A DNA stretch of 63,370 nucleotides, filler included, from Lenisia limosa (GCA_001655205.1; 15 parts of 15 records of this genome joined end to end with filler, not necessarily neighbours in it); one strand, 5' to 3'; positions 47,708 to 60,830 are shown, counted from the first letter of the whole stretch. The notes: generated by a model from the letters alone, not told the origin. Program-made: numbers and translations.

Positions 47708-50700
47708 GCATTTGGCCCGATTGTGATCGATGTGGGCGGTGTTCAGAGCTCAGTGTGCCAGAAAGTAGATGGCTGGCATAGAGACCTTGTTACCAGGTGG
47801 GCGGTATAGGGATGAAGGTGTGCACCATAGTTTGTGGCAACATCTGTTGGCAAGAATATCACGTGATCTGAACAGTTGCATTACCTGCTCATTCTCAACC
47901 AATCACTTCCATTCTCAACCAATTAGATTCTCTTTCCTTGTCGGTCAGCAAACACAGGAGTTCCACAGTAGCATGGTAGCAGGTCGAGATTCGCTGGAGA
48001 ACTTCAATAGAGACTCAAGCTCAACAGCTGATTCTGTGGCCTTTATTTCAATGATACAAGTGGGGGGGAGGGGCTGCATTTCAATGATACAAGAGTTTTT
48101 AAGTCCAATGATTGGGAGAAATGTTATGCTACAATTCAATGTCTCTTNNNNNNNNNNNNNNNNNNNNNNNNNNNNNNNNNNNNNNNNNNNNNNNNNNNNN
48201 NNNNNNNNNNNNNNNNNNNNNNNNNNNNNNNNNNNNNNNNNNNNNNNNNNNNNNNNNNNNNNNNNNNNNNNNNNNNNNNNNNNNNNNNNNNNNNNNNNNN
48301 NNNNNNTACAGGTGAAATATGAACAATCCTACCCCTACCTCAGGACCATATTATGTGTTCATCCGTATCGTCATATAATACAGCTACATATAGTAATTAA
48401 TACTACTTAACTCCCCCAGAAACTCTATCAATAACCCCCCCCAGACACTGCGTAGTAACGCGGCCGACTGGAGCGCTATTGAGGCCGATTTGGCTCTTTC
48501 GCACGCCCTTCTCTCCAAACAGAGACACACTCCGCCGGCTAACGTGGGAATGGGGCGTGGGGGGATTTGTCACGCTCAAAAACCACCAGATACAACCTTG
48601 CTTTTTCTTTTTTTCTTTTTTTCTTATTGCTTTATATATGATATACTATATGGTGTAAAACAATGGACTTGGTTGCCATTCTCTAACAGTGTGTTTTTGT
48701 TTTTGAACGTTCTTACATTGTAATTTTGCTGCAAAAGCGACTGGCCTGGGCTTTGTTTTTCATCCCTTGCCAACAGAGTTGATTTTGTGCTTTTTTCGTA
48801 TCAATCAATTTCCAACCCTCAGTGGCTGTTCTGGGACCAAGTTGCTGGAGATTGGGCTGCCTTCAACCAAATTTTGGTCAACAGAGTGGAGGAGCTGTCT
48901 CAGGAGGTTCCAATGCTTCAGGTGGGGGGAGGGTCAGTTGATGTTGTATTTCGGGTTTTTTTTTTTGACACTATCGTATTTTTTCAGCCAGCAGAGTTGA
49001 TTTTGGGCTTTTTTTTTTACTTCATACATTTCCCATATTTCCTCCCTACTCCCGTCCTCCATCTTTACCAACCAGCGCCGTGTTCTTGAGGAAGACAGTT
49101 CTCTCCGTTCGCGTACCTTGACTCTTCAAGTAAGATTGGGAAAAGTACATAACCTTTCTTTTCGATTTTTTCCGAACAGATTTTCCATAATCTTTGCAAC
49201 ACGTTTGAGGATGCATTCTTCATCCCTATTTCCTTGGTTCTTACACTGCAGAATGAGTGGACGGTCCAGCGACCTGTTGATGGCAGCCTAATGCCAAGCG
49301 AAGGTGAGGGGGGTTTTCATAATAATACAACAGTGACCGGGATAAATTTTGACCGCTTTTCCTTAGAAAACCACAGTACAAATCGGTCAAGATTATCCCG
49401 GTCACTGTATATTTTTGTTTCATTAATGCAGCATTTTACCTCCGCAGCCCTGACCACGCTCACCCTCTTTGCAACCCGAGTCAACTCCCTGCGCACTGAC
49501 ACGTCTCGTCTCACCGCCGCTAAGCACGCATTAGACCTGGACGTTCCCGTGGGGGGTATTTTGAGTTCCTCAAAGTGTAGGTTTCTCTCTCATATATTCT
49601 CTCTTATTTTTGATGGGATGCTGTGCAGAAGCGACTGGCCTNNNNNNNNNNNNNNNNNNNNNNNNNNNNNNNNNNNNNNNNNNNNNNNNNNNNNNNNNNN
49701 NNNNNNNNNNNNNNNNNNNNNNNNNNNNNNNNNNNNNNNNNNNNNNNNNNNNNNNNNNNNNNNNNNNNNNNNNNNNNNNNNNNNNNNNNNNNNNNNNNNN
49801 NNNNNNNNNNNNNNNNNNNNNNNNNNNNNNNNNNNNNNNNNNNNNNNAGTGGAGGAGGAGCTTGAAGACCTCCGAAGCGTCTGGGGCAAACTCGGCTCTG
49901 GTAGGGGTAAGGGATAGTGTGGGTTCTTCAGAGGATACCTATCTTGTTTACTTACACGAGGACCTTGTTTTACTTGGTAGTTTGGCAGCAACTTGACGAC
50001 GTCGCTGCAGTGACCTGGCAATCCTTCACCACCAAGGCCATTAAAACTAAACTACTGGAGGTGGGGGGTTGCTTTCTTCGTTTTAACGTGTGATGCTCAT
50101 ATTGCGGTTTTTTGCCTTAAGTTTGGAGTTTCAGATTATTCGGTTCGTGATTAGTTGGTAGTAGTACCTTTATGCCAATGTTCTTTCAAAATTCCTTTCA
50201 TTTACCCTTGCCAACAGCTTTTTTTATCCCCTTTGCATTCGCCTCATTGACCTCAGATTGGTGACGAGCTTGAGGCTGGAGATGCCTCTCTACAGCAATA
50301 CTCTGGTGAGGGTGCACTTTTCATGTGATGCTCAAATGTTGAGCCAACAGTGTTGATATTGGTTTTGTTTAGTTTCATAAACTTTCCAATTTTACACCCC
50401 CCCCCCCCCCATAGGATNNNNNNNNNNNNNNNNNNNNNNNNNNNNNNNNNNNNNNNNNNNNNNNNNNNNNNNCTCTGCCCATCATCTGCGACATCAAGGC
50501 TGAAAGCTTCAAGTGGGTGGTGGTTCAGCGTAAATGGGTATTATTTGTGTGTGTGGGGAGAGAGAGAGAGAGAGATGTTTATTTTTAAAGTTGGAATTAT
50601 CTTTCATAGGGGGGGGGGGGGGNNNNNNNNNNNNNNNNNNNNNNNNNNNNNNNNNNNNNNNNNNNNNNNNNNNNNNNNNNNNTTACATAAGCTGAAGAAA

Positions 50701-53700
50701 ACATGAAGGTTTTCAACTCACAAACCCGAAATGGAGCCTCCTTACAAACTTCATATGATATAGGTGTCCACCCCTGGGTGAATTTTTTCTTTTTCAAAAA
50801 TAACAAAACAATCAAACATGAACCTTATTTTCCTTACACTTTACCAGGGACCGCCATTGGGCCGACTTACGAAAACGCCTGCAAGTTTCCTGGAAGCCAT
50901 CTGCTCTGACATTGGCCCAAGTCTGGCTGGTTGACCTCAAGGCTCATCAGAAAGTTATTGGTAAGGGGGAGGGGGTTGTCTTATGTAAAAGAAATTTTAT
51001 TTTCCCTCTCTACAAAGTCAAATTCTGCAACAAAACCCACGAGGTTTTCATTTGTTGATTTTGGGATTTTTGTTTCATAGATTTTCCATTTTTTTGTCTT
51101 GGTAATGCGTGTAGGAGATGTTGTGACCCAAGCCCAGGGAGAAATGGCTGTGGAGGAGTTCATCATTTCTGTAGGGGGAGAGGGTAACAATTGCTTGTGT
51201 GGAAAAGAAAGAATACTACACTAGCACCATTCCTGTAACCCCCACCACCATTTAACCCTTTGCAGGTTCGCGACCATTGGAGCTCTTTCGACCTGGAACT
51301 TATCAAATACAAAGTGGGGATATTGATGTGGAAGATAATGTTCTTTATTCAGCAAACAACTGTTTTAGCCTTTATTCAGCAAACAACTTCCCCTCACCCC
51401 CCCCCCCCCNNNNNNNNNNNNNNNNNNNNNNNNNNNNNNNNNNNNNNNNNNNNNNNNNNNNNNNNNNNNNNNNNNNNNNNNNNNNNNNNNNNNNNCTGAG
51501 CACCTTAATTCGCTGTCGGCTATGAGAGCGTCTCCTTATTTTGCAGGTAAGGGTGCAGGCAAATGCGAAACTGAAATTAGAATTGAACAATGATAGCACT
51601 TCTATTCTTTTCACCCCATCATCATCCTTCACATTTCTGTAGTATTCGAGGAGGAAGCCTCGTCATGGGATAGCAAGCTGTCCTCAATTCAGGTGGGCTT
51701 TTTCAACATTTTAAGATGAATATGGTTATTTTAAAGAAATTGTCAAGTTAATTTGAGGTTTTTTGATCATCAATTTTCCACACTAACCCCCCTCCCCCCC
51801 AGGCTATTTTCGACGAATGGGTTGAGGTTCAGCGGAGATGGGTGCATTTGGACGCCATTTTCAGTGCCTCCTCCGACATCGCTAATTTACTACCTCAAGT
51901 GGGGGGATTTGGCGTGACCGCTCAATTGGGCTGAATAGTAGACAAATCTTGAATATGGTATGAATGACATCCGTTTTCTTTTTGATTGAATATTTCGCAA
52001 GGTATTCAGGGTTATATACTTGTGAAGATCATTACTTTATGTTTCCTTGTCCTTCACTTTCCCTCTGTTGGAGTCCCATACGTCCCTTGTTAGCTGTCCA
52101 TAGTATTTACGTAATCTATTTCGTTACACCGTCCTTGACATTTCCCCTAGGAGTCGCAGAGATTCCGAGCACTCGACGGAGAGGTTGTTTCCCTTATGCG
52201 TAAGGTCCAGAGACAACCCTCAATCTTGGCTGTGGTGCAGGTGAAGGAGGGTATTGTAATTTGTTTCTTTATTCAATTCAATTAATCAAATTACACTGCT
52301 ATTGTGAAGACATCTTTAATTATTTGAATGTATATCTTAGATGTTGTGCACCCCTCCCTCTCTTCCTGATTTTATTTTTATTTTTATTTCTTGTAATTTT
52401 TACCCCTCCCCCACAGATTCCCACCCTTCTCCGTCTGCTGACCCGTCTGAGTGAAGCCCTCGTCAAGGTCCAAAAAGCACTTGGTGACTACCTCGAAAAA
52501 CAGAGGTACGTTCCCTCAGGGGGGGGGGTGATACGTGAATGGGACAAACGTTCCTCTGCACCCCCATATGAACAAGTGAAATGAAAACAGTGAAACCGAC
52601 TTCCGCTTGAGCAGTTGTTGAAATATTGTTAATTGAATTATGAACCTTCAATAATAATATTATCAATACCATGACGACCCTCTAATCCACCAAATTATCA
52701 CTGTCTAGAGCGGCCTTCCCCCGCTTCTACTTTGTCGGTGACGATGACCTGCTCGAACTCATAGGAAATGCCAAGGACGTCACAAGGGCCCAGAAGCACA
52801 TCAAGAAGATGTTTGCCGGTATGCTGGGGAGGTTTGAAAGGTGCACTTCTCTCTTGTCGCGTACTCACCCCCCTCCTCCGCTGTTGTTTTTGTTTTTAAA
52901 AAGACAATTTCAACAATTGTCTTTTTCTTCCCACTCCCACTCTCATATCTGAGGGTTTTGTTTTTCTTGTTTCCAGATAGAAAACAGTATTTCACCCCTG
53001 TGGGATGCGGTGCTGCCGAAGCGACTGGCCTGTTGATTTGGGATTTTTTTTTATTTCATAAATGTTCCACTTTGACCCCCGCCAGGAATTGCGTCAGTTG
53101 AGCTCAATGCCGACGAAAGCGCCATAACGGGCATGGTCTCGAGAGAGGGCGAAGTTGTGCAGTGAGGGGGGGGCTGGTATCATTTGTGTATTACTCTCTC
53201 TCTCTCTCTGTCTCTCTGTCCATTCCATNNNNNNNNNNNNNNNNNNNNNNNNNNNNNNNNNNNNNNNNNNNNNNNNNNNNNNNNNNNNNNNNNNNNNNNN
53301 NNNNNNNNNNNNNNNNNNNNNNNNNNNNNNNNNNNNNNNNNNNNNNNNNNNNNNNNNNNNNNNNNNNNNNNNNNNNNNCAGTGGAAGAGGCGATGAGACA
53401 ATCCGTGGCTAAGGGTGGGAGGAAATGAGACACATTGGTTAACGTAAGCACAATGGACTGCTAACAAGAAACGTATGAGACACCTACCAGGGAAAGTACA
53501 CAAATAACATGATAGTGTGTGTAACCCTTGAATAAGGGTGGGGGCTAGGTAAAGGGTGGGGGCTAGGTAGTGATTCGTTAAACAAAACAGTTCTTCATCG
53601 AAAATCGAAATTCCTTCACCTTCATCCCCCCTTCCCTTCCAGGTCTTATTGACGCTTTGAACTGTCTGCGAGCATTGGGGCAGAACATGGGCTATATGGA

Positions 53701-54157
53701 CTTCGCAGACGCCTTCTACGACTGGGTTTCTGAGTGGGAGGGGAGGGGAGTTTATGCGGCATTAAACAGTTATTTCTCTGTCTCAAGTCGCCATTTTAAC
53801 GTCGCAGTAACCCCACACAACTACTTGGTCTTGCCCTGTCAATTGAGCTGACTTCTGCAACCGAAACAGCCATCACCAAGAAGTGCCTACCAAGTTTACT
53901 CGAAAACATCGATGCACTTCTCTCGTGCGGGGGATTGCTGAGTAAATAATAATAAAAAAATTNNNNNNNNNNNNNNNNNNNNNNNNNNNNNNNNNNNNNN
54001 NNNNNNNNNNNNNNNNNNNNNNNNNNNNNNNNNNNNNNNNNNNNNNNNNNNNNNNNNNNNNNNNNNNNNNNNNNCTTTATTGCGGCGGAAGACTGAGATG
54101 CTGATTACCGACATGGTGCATGCTCGTGACGTCACGAGGAGCCTCATTGATAAGAAG
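47708..54157 (+). CDS. DYNC1H1: Cytoplasmic dynein-1 heavy chain, internal fragment (tail/linker region, >20 exons)
   Basis: [15 protein letters not shown]; [18 protein letters not shown]; DRHWADL; [10 protein letters not shown]; [14 protein letters not shown]; [18 protein letters not shown]; [18 protein letters not shown]; [22 protein letters not shown]. Colinear with the DYNC1H1 sequence as I recall it. Confidence 0.95.
48728..48822 (+). repeat. Family B copy ending at dynein acceptor
   Basis: The exon WLFWD begins at 48823. Other dynein-intron copies at 47629-47707, ~48985, ~49610, 50341-50414 and 53001-53085. Confidence 0.85.
49331..49407. mobile_element. Family C Tc1/mariner-like MITE in dynein intron
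   Basis: CAGTGACCGGGATAA...TTATCCCGGTCACTG-TA. Degenerate relatives at ~30123-30180 and ~56918-56984. Confidence 0.78.
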
Positions 54158-54719
54158 GTGGGGGTTCTCAGAATGTCCTTAATTTTATCAAGACAAAAGA
54201 TGCATATTATTCAGAAGAATTATTAAGAAAGTTACCAATGGAGGATNNNNNNNNNNNNNNNNNNNNNNNNNNNNNNNNNNNNNNNNNNNNTTAATTAATT
54301 AANNNNNNNNNNNNNNNNNNNNNNNNNNNNNNNNNNNNNNNNNNNNATATTTTTTTATATCTCAAGGGGGTGTATTGCTTTTGGCTGATTTTCTGTAAAG
54401 TCTGGGACTAGGAGCGTCGTCATATTATATCATCGATATTATATCATTATGTCATATTACATCATTGACGTCATTTTGGGCATCTAGTGTATATCACCAG
54501 AAAATTGTGAATGTATGGGTAGCTGAGCCCCAAAAAATGTAAATCACACCTCCAGCAAATATGAAGATATGTAATATTATATTATAAGTCTGAACATCGC
54601 TTGATAACTCTGATGGGTATATTCCAAGACGGACGATGATATGAACCTCAACCTCTCTGACACTGAGTTTATTTTGAACTTGTGGTGGCATACACTTTTC
54701 CTTATCCCCCCCCCCCCAG

Positions 54720-55457
54720 ACACGGAAGGAGAGATTGACCCAGCCATCTCATCACACGCTGAACTACCAGCCAGCAGGTGGGACGACTGTGGTGTTATTA
54801 TAGNNNNNNNNNNNNNNNNNNNNNNNNNNNNNNNNNNNNNNNNNNNNNNNNNNNNNNNNNNNNNNNNNNNNNNNNNNNNNNNNNNNNNNTATGATACATA
54901 TTAATAATCTAGTAAACCAAGTGAATACATAATGGTACCTTTAGGGCTTCACTTCATGTCGAAAAATACCTGTAAAATATCGATAATTTTTGAGGATTTT
55001 TACGAGCAATTTTGTCTAGAACCGAAGTGAAGCCCTAGGTGCCATACAAATAACTCTTAGCACCGCCTTCTCTTTTGTCTCCTCAAAAAGTCTCAAAAAA
55101 GACTTAATTATCGTTAATTTGTCGATAAATATTGATATTTCAAGGTCTTTTTGCGAAATAAGGGATCCAATCACCCCACCCTCATAGCTCCGCATTCTCC
55201 TTTGCATCCATCATCACCCTCACCGCGACGGTTGCCGAAAGAATTGCGTGTACTCGTGCTATCGAAAGTAGTTTAGGTCGAACCGTTCCAGTAGCTGCCT
55301 TGCGAGATCTCAAGGTAAGGGTGAAGGGTGATAATGGAGGTATTGTTAGGTGTCTTTCCTTTTAGTGAATTGGTCCATATAGGTTGCGCTCCAATTAATG
55401 GCACTTTAGGGCTCATTAACTTCAGAAGTGAATAATCTATCAGCGCAGTTGCTGAAG
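54720..55457 (+). CDS. Hypothetical protein, internal exons
   Basis: TEGEIDPAISSHAELPAS / SAFSFASIITLTATVAERIACTRAIESSLGRTVPVAALRDLK / EVNNLSAQLLK with canonical sites. Confidence 0.45.
54944..55035. mobile_element. Family A MITE
   Basis: TA on both flanks. An internally deleted copy lies at 55494-55550 and another copy at 61069-61151. Confidence 0.87.
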
Positions 55458-55742
55458 GTAGGAGATGGGGTGAAGGTCGGCTGATTTTGGTGCGGGATTC
55501 ACTTCGGTTCGAAAAGACTAGTAAACTATTTTTCGAACCGAAGTGAAGCCATTGTGAGATGGAGTGTCGGGTGTATTGCTTTCAGTTTTGATTTAAACAT
55601 AAGACCCCAAATTCAATTATTCACTTGTTGTTAGCCAACAGTNNNNNNNNNNNNNNNNNNNNNNNNNNNNNNNNNNNNNNNNNNNNTTAATTAATTAANN
55701 NNNNNNNNNNNNNNNNNNNNNNNNNNNNNNNNNNNNNNNNNN

Positions 55743-57439
55743 TCCGGAGCCGCACGGGATCAGTGTAATAGCATCACCGGATTCGAATCCAGCCGGCACG
55801 GGTTGACATGACACATACCCGTCAATGGGAGTGAAGGTTCCGGCCGCGCATGCAGACGGTGAAGATGCTGGACTGGGACATTCCGAACCTTTGAACATCA
55901 TGAGGGAAATGTTGGGGGTTGGGGAAGCGGGTCAAACTATAACTTGGGCTTCCCTGCGGTCCGAAAAAGTCCGTTAAAATATCGATATTCATCAAGGATT
56001 GTTCGATAAATTCAGTCTTTTTTTTGGGACAGCAGGGAAGCCCTAACTTTTAGAGGGGAAAGTGTGAGTGTTGAGGGGGAATACTCGAGAGAGATCACAA
56101 ATATAACAAGGTTGTATTTGGCTGAAGCCTATACCCAATACATTGTATATATGCATGATGATGATGATGATGATGATGATGGTGATGATGATGCTGATGG
56201 TGGTGGACGATGATGGTGATGATAGTGACGATGATTGTACAAAATGTCCACAAACCGGCTGGACAGTCGGTACAGAGATGGTTGAGAACGTACTGGCCCA
56301 GACTACAAGCTACCGGACTACAAATTATGAGGGAGAGCAAGTGAAAAAACGAGAGAAAGGTGGAAAGGAAGTATGAACATAATAAGAATAATGAAGACTT
56401 TCAATGATTTCTTGCTCAATTAAAGATAAGGAAGCCAAAATGAAGATGATAAGAACGCATATAGAATCAACATTAAATGTATAGTAATGAAAGAAATATT
56501 GTAACTATTAGTCATCATACATACCTCGCAGGGGTATCACATGCTACTCCAGCAGGGCAACTTTCACAGACAGATTGGTCAGCAGAGGCTTTTTGACCTG
56601 AATTTGTGAAATCATTTGTATTATACAGCGACCAAGATAAGTAATTTAAAGGATATTGAGCCCTATCTTTAGTCAATCGAATCAAGACATACACGTATAC
56701 ACTGACAGAGAAAGGTCCTGACTAGGACTTCCATACGGTACCAAAAAAAAAAAGACTGAATTTCTCTATAAATACTCGAAAAACTATCGATATTTTATCG
56801 GTCTTTTTCGGACCGTCGGGAAGCCCTAATTACACAACAATCACAACATCTCAGATGAAAGGAGATGGATTAGAAATTTAAATATTTTTCGTTAACAAAG
56901 CTAATTGTCATGTCACCTGACCGCGACAATTCCTGGCACGTACAGTATATTTAACTTTTTCTCTAGTCAGGACTTATCAGGTCTATTTACATAAAATAAT
57001 GTTCTATTCACCCCTCTTCACCTTGAACACAAGGTGAGCACGTGATCACTACGCCGCCGGCACTGACAGAGCCGGACAGGCACGCAACCGGAAGACTTGA
57101 GGGATCGTTGCAAGACTTTCCGGCGGGGCATTGTGAGCACACACCGGCCTGGGTGCCACTATACGTGCCTGACGCGCAGTTGGAGCAGGCGCTGGCGCCA
57201 CTTCCAGCAAAAGTTCCTGCTGTGCATTGTTGAGGAGGTCCATCAACCTGGGGGCACGCGAAACCAACAGGGCATGGAGTGCAAGAAGTGAGCTTGGAAG
57301 ACACGGCTGTTGAGCCAAGGGTACAGGCCGTTCGTACGCCTGCCACGCATTTGTACCCTGGTTCGCAATCGGTACATGAAGTGGACGTTCCGCTCAGACT
57401 GTACTCTCCAACAGGGCAGAGCGTGATGCCGGTTCCGTC
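55743..57439 (-). CDS. Cys-rich GCC2/GCC3 (ephrin-receptor-like) repeat protein, internal fragment
   Basis: Repeats CPVGEYS..CTDCEPGYKC, CTAGTFAGSGASACSNCASGTYS..CSQCPAGKSC and CSLGQYVLNHLCTDCPAG. Confidence 0.85.
55946..56043. mobile_element. Family A2 MITE
   Basis: GGGCTTCCCTGCGGTCC...GGACAGCAGGGAAGCCC-TA. Confidence 0.87.
56155..56235. repeat. (GAT)n microsatellite in intron
   Basis: GATGATGAT run with GGT interruptions. Confidence 0.85.
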
Positions 57440-57629
57440 CTAGGATTTTGAGAACGATAATATAATAAAATCTAGGGATGCAGCAATGATATTTTTTTTG
57501 TTTTGAGAGAAATGGGAATAGAGACACACNNNNNNNNNNNNNNNNNNNNNNNNNNNNNNNNNNNNNNNNNNNNTTAATTAATTAANNNNNNNNNNNNNNN
57601 NNNNNNNNNNNNNNNNNNNNNNNNNNNNN

Positions 57630-59050
57630 ATGCTTGCGGGAGGTGCTGAAGAAACACGCTCATACTGCTGGGAGACTGTGTAAGCTAAAGGAGGGAGGGC
57701 GCTTGGGTTTTCGAGCAAAAGGACCAGCAACAATTGGTCTCTTGTGCTTTTTCAGAGTTGAATTTTTGTTTTTTATATTGTCGACTCTGGAGTGATGGGA
57801 TGCGGTGCTGCGGAAGCCACTGGCCTGGGNNNNNNNNNNNNNNNNNNNNNNNNNNNNNNNNNNNNNNNNNNNNNNNNNNNNNNNNNNNNNNNNNNNNNNN
57901 NNNNNNNNNNNNNNNNNNNNNNNNNNNNNNNNNNNNNNNNNNNNNNNNNNNNNNNNNNNNNNNNNNNNNNNNNNNNNNNNNNNNNNNNNNNNNNNNGATA
58001 TAACCTTGTTTTTTTTCTCATCTCCACACACATCTCATCACCTTAGCTGGATATTCGATCGAACAACAGATTGAACAGAATCGCCAGTGGCTCGTGGACT
58101 GTTGCTTGAGGTTTGAGGGGGATTATATAGAAAAGGGTATGGGGGTATATACTGAAGATGTGCGATTTTCGTATGTGAAATATGGACGTAGTATAAGACC
58201 ATATGCACTATATGTAGTTGCCCCCCACACCACCTAGAATTATATTTCTTATTACCTTCACTCACCCCNNNNNNNNNNNNNNNNNNNNNNNNNNNNNNNN
58301 NNNNNNNNNNNNNNNNNNNNNNNNNNNGCCCCCTTCCCCAGAATGATTTCTCTTTTTGCGTTGGATCGTTTCAGTGACTTCATTGGAGACCAGGTAAACC
58401 CAGGTTTTAATCATATTATTATAGTGAGGGGTTCCCTGCGGTCCCAAAAACGACTGAATTTCTCGATAGATCCTCGATAAATATCGATATTTAACTGGAC
58501 TTTTTCGGACATAGGGAAGCCCTAATTGTAGTTTTACATAGGTACCATTTACAATAGTATATCACACACTCCCTATTGCTTGTTTTTTTTTGCCTTTTTG
58601 GAGTGATAATTGGGTTATAATTGGGTTCTTGACTAGTACCTTTACACTAATATTCTTCATTGAAATTCATTTGTTGTTGATTTTGGGCTTTTTTATTTCA
58701 TTACCCCCATATAACCCCTATAGGTTATGGCCCCGGTCCGCGAAACAGCCGGCCAGGTTTTAGGTGCTGCGGTGCGGCAGTTGCCCCCGGGGGACGCCCT
58801 GGCTGTTTTCGACATGGCCACTAAGCTTGCAGGGCTGACGTATAGGGGGACTGGGGTGTTTATATGCTTATTTATCGAGGATAATGTTACTTTTGTTGCT
58901 TGTTAATACTGATACTTTTGTTGCTTGTTAATACTGATACTTTTATTGCTTGTTAATAATGTTACTTTTGTTACTTGTTAGCTTTCACTAATATCAACTA
59001 AAACCCCCAGAACCTGGCAAAGTAGACACGGCGGAATGCTGGGTATTAAA
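57630..59050 (+). CDS. BTAF1: TATA-binding protein-associated factor BTAF1/Mot1, N-terminal HEAT region fragment
   Basis: LREVLKKHAHTAG; WLVDCCLRMISLFALDRFSDFIGDQVMAPVRETAGQVLG; WQSRHGGMLGIK match the Mot1/BTAF1 signatures ALDRFGDFV.D.VVAPVRE and WEVRHGGLLGIK. Confidence 0.93.
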
Positions 59051-59346
59051 GTGAGCTGGAGTAATGCTGGGTATTACAGTGGGTGCAATATGCATAGCTA
59101 TATTAACTTTACTATAGCAATGAGAAATAAAAAACAAGGTTCTATCTGACCGAAGCCGTCCAAACCATTACGCTTATAAGTTGTTTTGTTGTCGTGTGTT
59201 AACCAACAGAGTTGATTTTGGGCTTTTTTTGTGTTTCATAAAATTTNNNNNNNNNNNNNNNNNNNNNNNNNNNNNNNNNNNNNNNNNNNNTTAATTAATT
59301 AANNNNNNNNNNNNNNNNNNNNNNNNNNNNNNNNNNNNNNNNNNNN

Positions 59347-60830
59347 TTCGTATTAGCCCTGTATGCCTGCCAAACACAGATGTTGTAGTCCCATGCGCTA
59401 GTGAGGTAGAGGCCTGCTGACGGGAGGTGTGTGACTCTTCGAATGCTGTCCGTGTGGCCTTGGTTGGTTTGGACAGTCTTGGCGGTAAGAAAGAGAATAT
59501 ATATATTATGTAGTGATGAGACATAAAAGCAAGTAGTACCTGACCGAAGCCTGCCTTAACAATATATTGGATTATATAGTAATTTGCAATATATAGATGA
59601 AGAGATGAGAGATAAAAAAAGGTAGTATCTGGCCAAAATCGCCAGCTCCACGGTGTATGACAGAGCAGAGTAGTTGTTTGGTTTATGGTCACCCTTTGCA
59701 TTTTGAATTCCTAGATTGTTTACTATATTTCCCATGAGAAATGCCATTTTTTTTTAAGTTGTTGCCCACTAATGTTAATCCTCTTCTCAAACCCCACCTC
59801 GCTCTTGACCTGCCCCACGGCCCAGACCCGGGTGATTAGGTCGGCAGTAGCCACCACCACCGTTTTTGACACGTCATCGCAGCACATTGCCGTTACCTGG
59901 GGGGGGGGGGGGGNNNNNNNNNNNNNNNNNNNNNNNNNNNNNNNNNNNNNNNNNNNNNNNNNNNNNNNNNNNNNNNNNNNNNNNNNNNNNNNNNNNNNNN
60001 NNNNNNNNNNNNNNNNNNNNNNNNNNNNNNNNNNNNNNNNNNNNNNNNNNNNNNNNNNNNNNNNNNNNNNNNNNNNNNNNNNNNNNNNNNNNNNNNNNNN
60101 NNNNNNNNNNNNNNCTTGGTTGGCTAAACATTTGAGAAACACTACCAAATTGCTACCTTCACAATATGTCCAAAGTATCTGCACAAACAACACATGCGAA
60201 TACCCTTATAACACGAGTTTGTTCTACCACTTAATAAACTCCCTAGTACCTCAGAAGTGGTCGAGATAATGTACTTCAGCCTGAAATTCGAACCCTGAAA
60301 TGTCAAGGAGCAAAAAAAAACTGACAGATGTCTATTACCAGATAAGGTTTTGAATGCAAATATCACCCTAATGTAGTTATTGGTGACAGAGTAGCGAAAA
60401 AGTTATGTGAAAGACTCATATAAAATGATACCGTGGGAAAATCCCCCCATTGAATGTATTGCAATCCCCCCCTTTGTTTTCTCTCTCACTTTATTAGCCC
60501 CTCACACACACACAAAAATACGCTACCACCACTCTCTCACCCAGACTCGTAGGTCCTCTCTCCCTCTTACCCAGACCCGTAGGTCCTCTCCACCCGTGAT
60601 CCAAAGTTGCTGATGCTTCAGCCAGAGAACCTGGATAGAGATGAGAAATAAAATAAGGTTGCATCTGGCCGAAGCCGTCCACACAATCACGCTTATAAGA
60701 GGTATTGGATTCACCCCTATTTCCCTTCACCCTCCCCACGCAGTAAACATCTGATGAGTGGCCGGAAAGCACGCCAGTCAGCGGATAGTTCGGCAGCGTT
60801 GCATCCCAGATCTTGATGATCCCATCAGAC
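59347..60830 (-). CDS. WD40-repeat protein, fragment
   Basis: SDGIIKIWDATLPNYPLTGVLSGHSSDVYC / VTAMCCDDVSKTVVVATADLITRVW / GHTDSIRRVTHLPSAGLYLTSAWDYNICVW. Confidence 0.85.
60635..60699 (-). repeat. Family D short dispersed repeat (~65 bp), reference copy
   Basis: CTTATAAGCGTGAT..GGACGGCTTCGGCCAGAT(G/A)CAACCTT..TTTTATTTCTCATCTCTAT. Other copies at 17982(+), 20060(+), 24299(-), 30190(-), 33869(-), 45756(-), 46958(+), 59120(-), 59515(-), 59603(-) and 62274(+). Confidence 0.85.

Noticed and set aside
56095-56376. Poly-His / poly-Met ORFs
   Set aside because: They come from a (GAT)n microsatellite next to a real exon.
47769-60269. Long ORFs containing X runs (e.g. 47769-48410, 49234-49917, 59723-60269)
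   Set aside because: Their length comes from reading through N gaps and introns; only the embedded exons are real.
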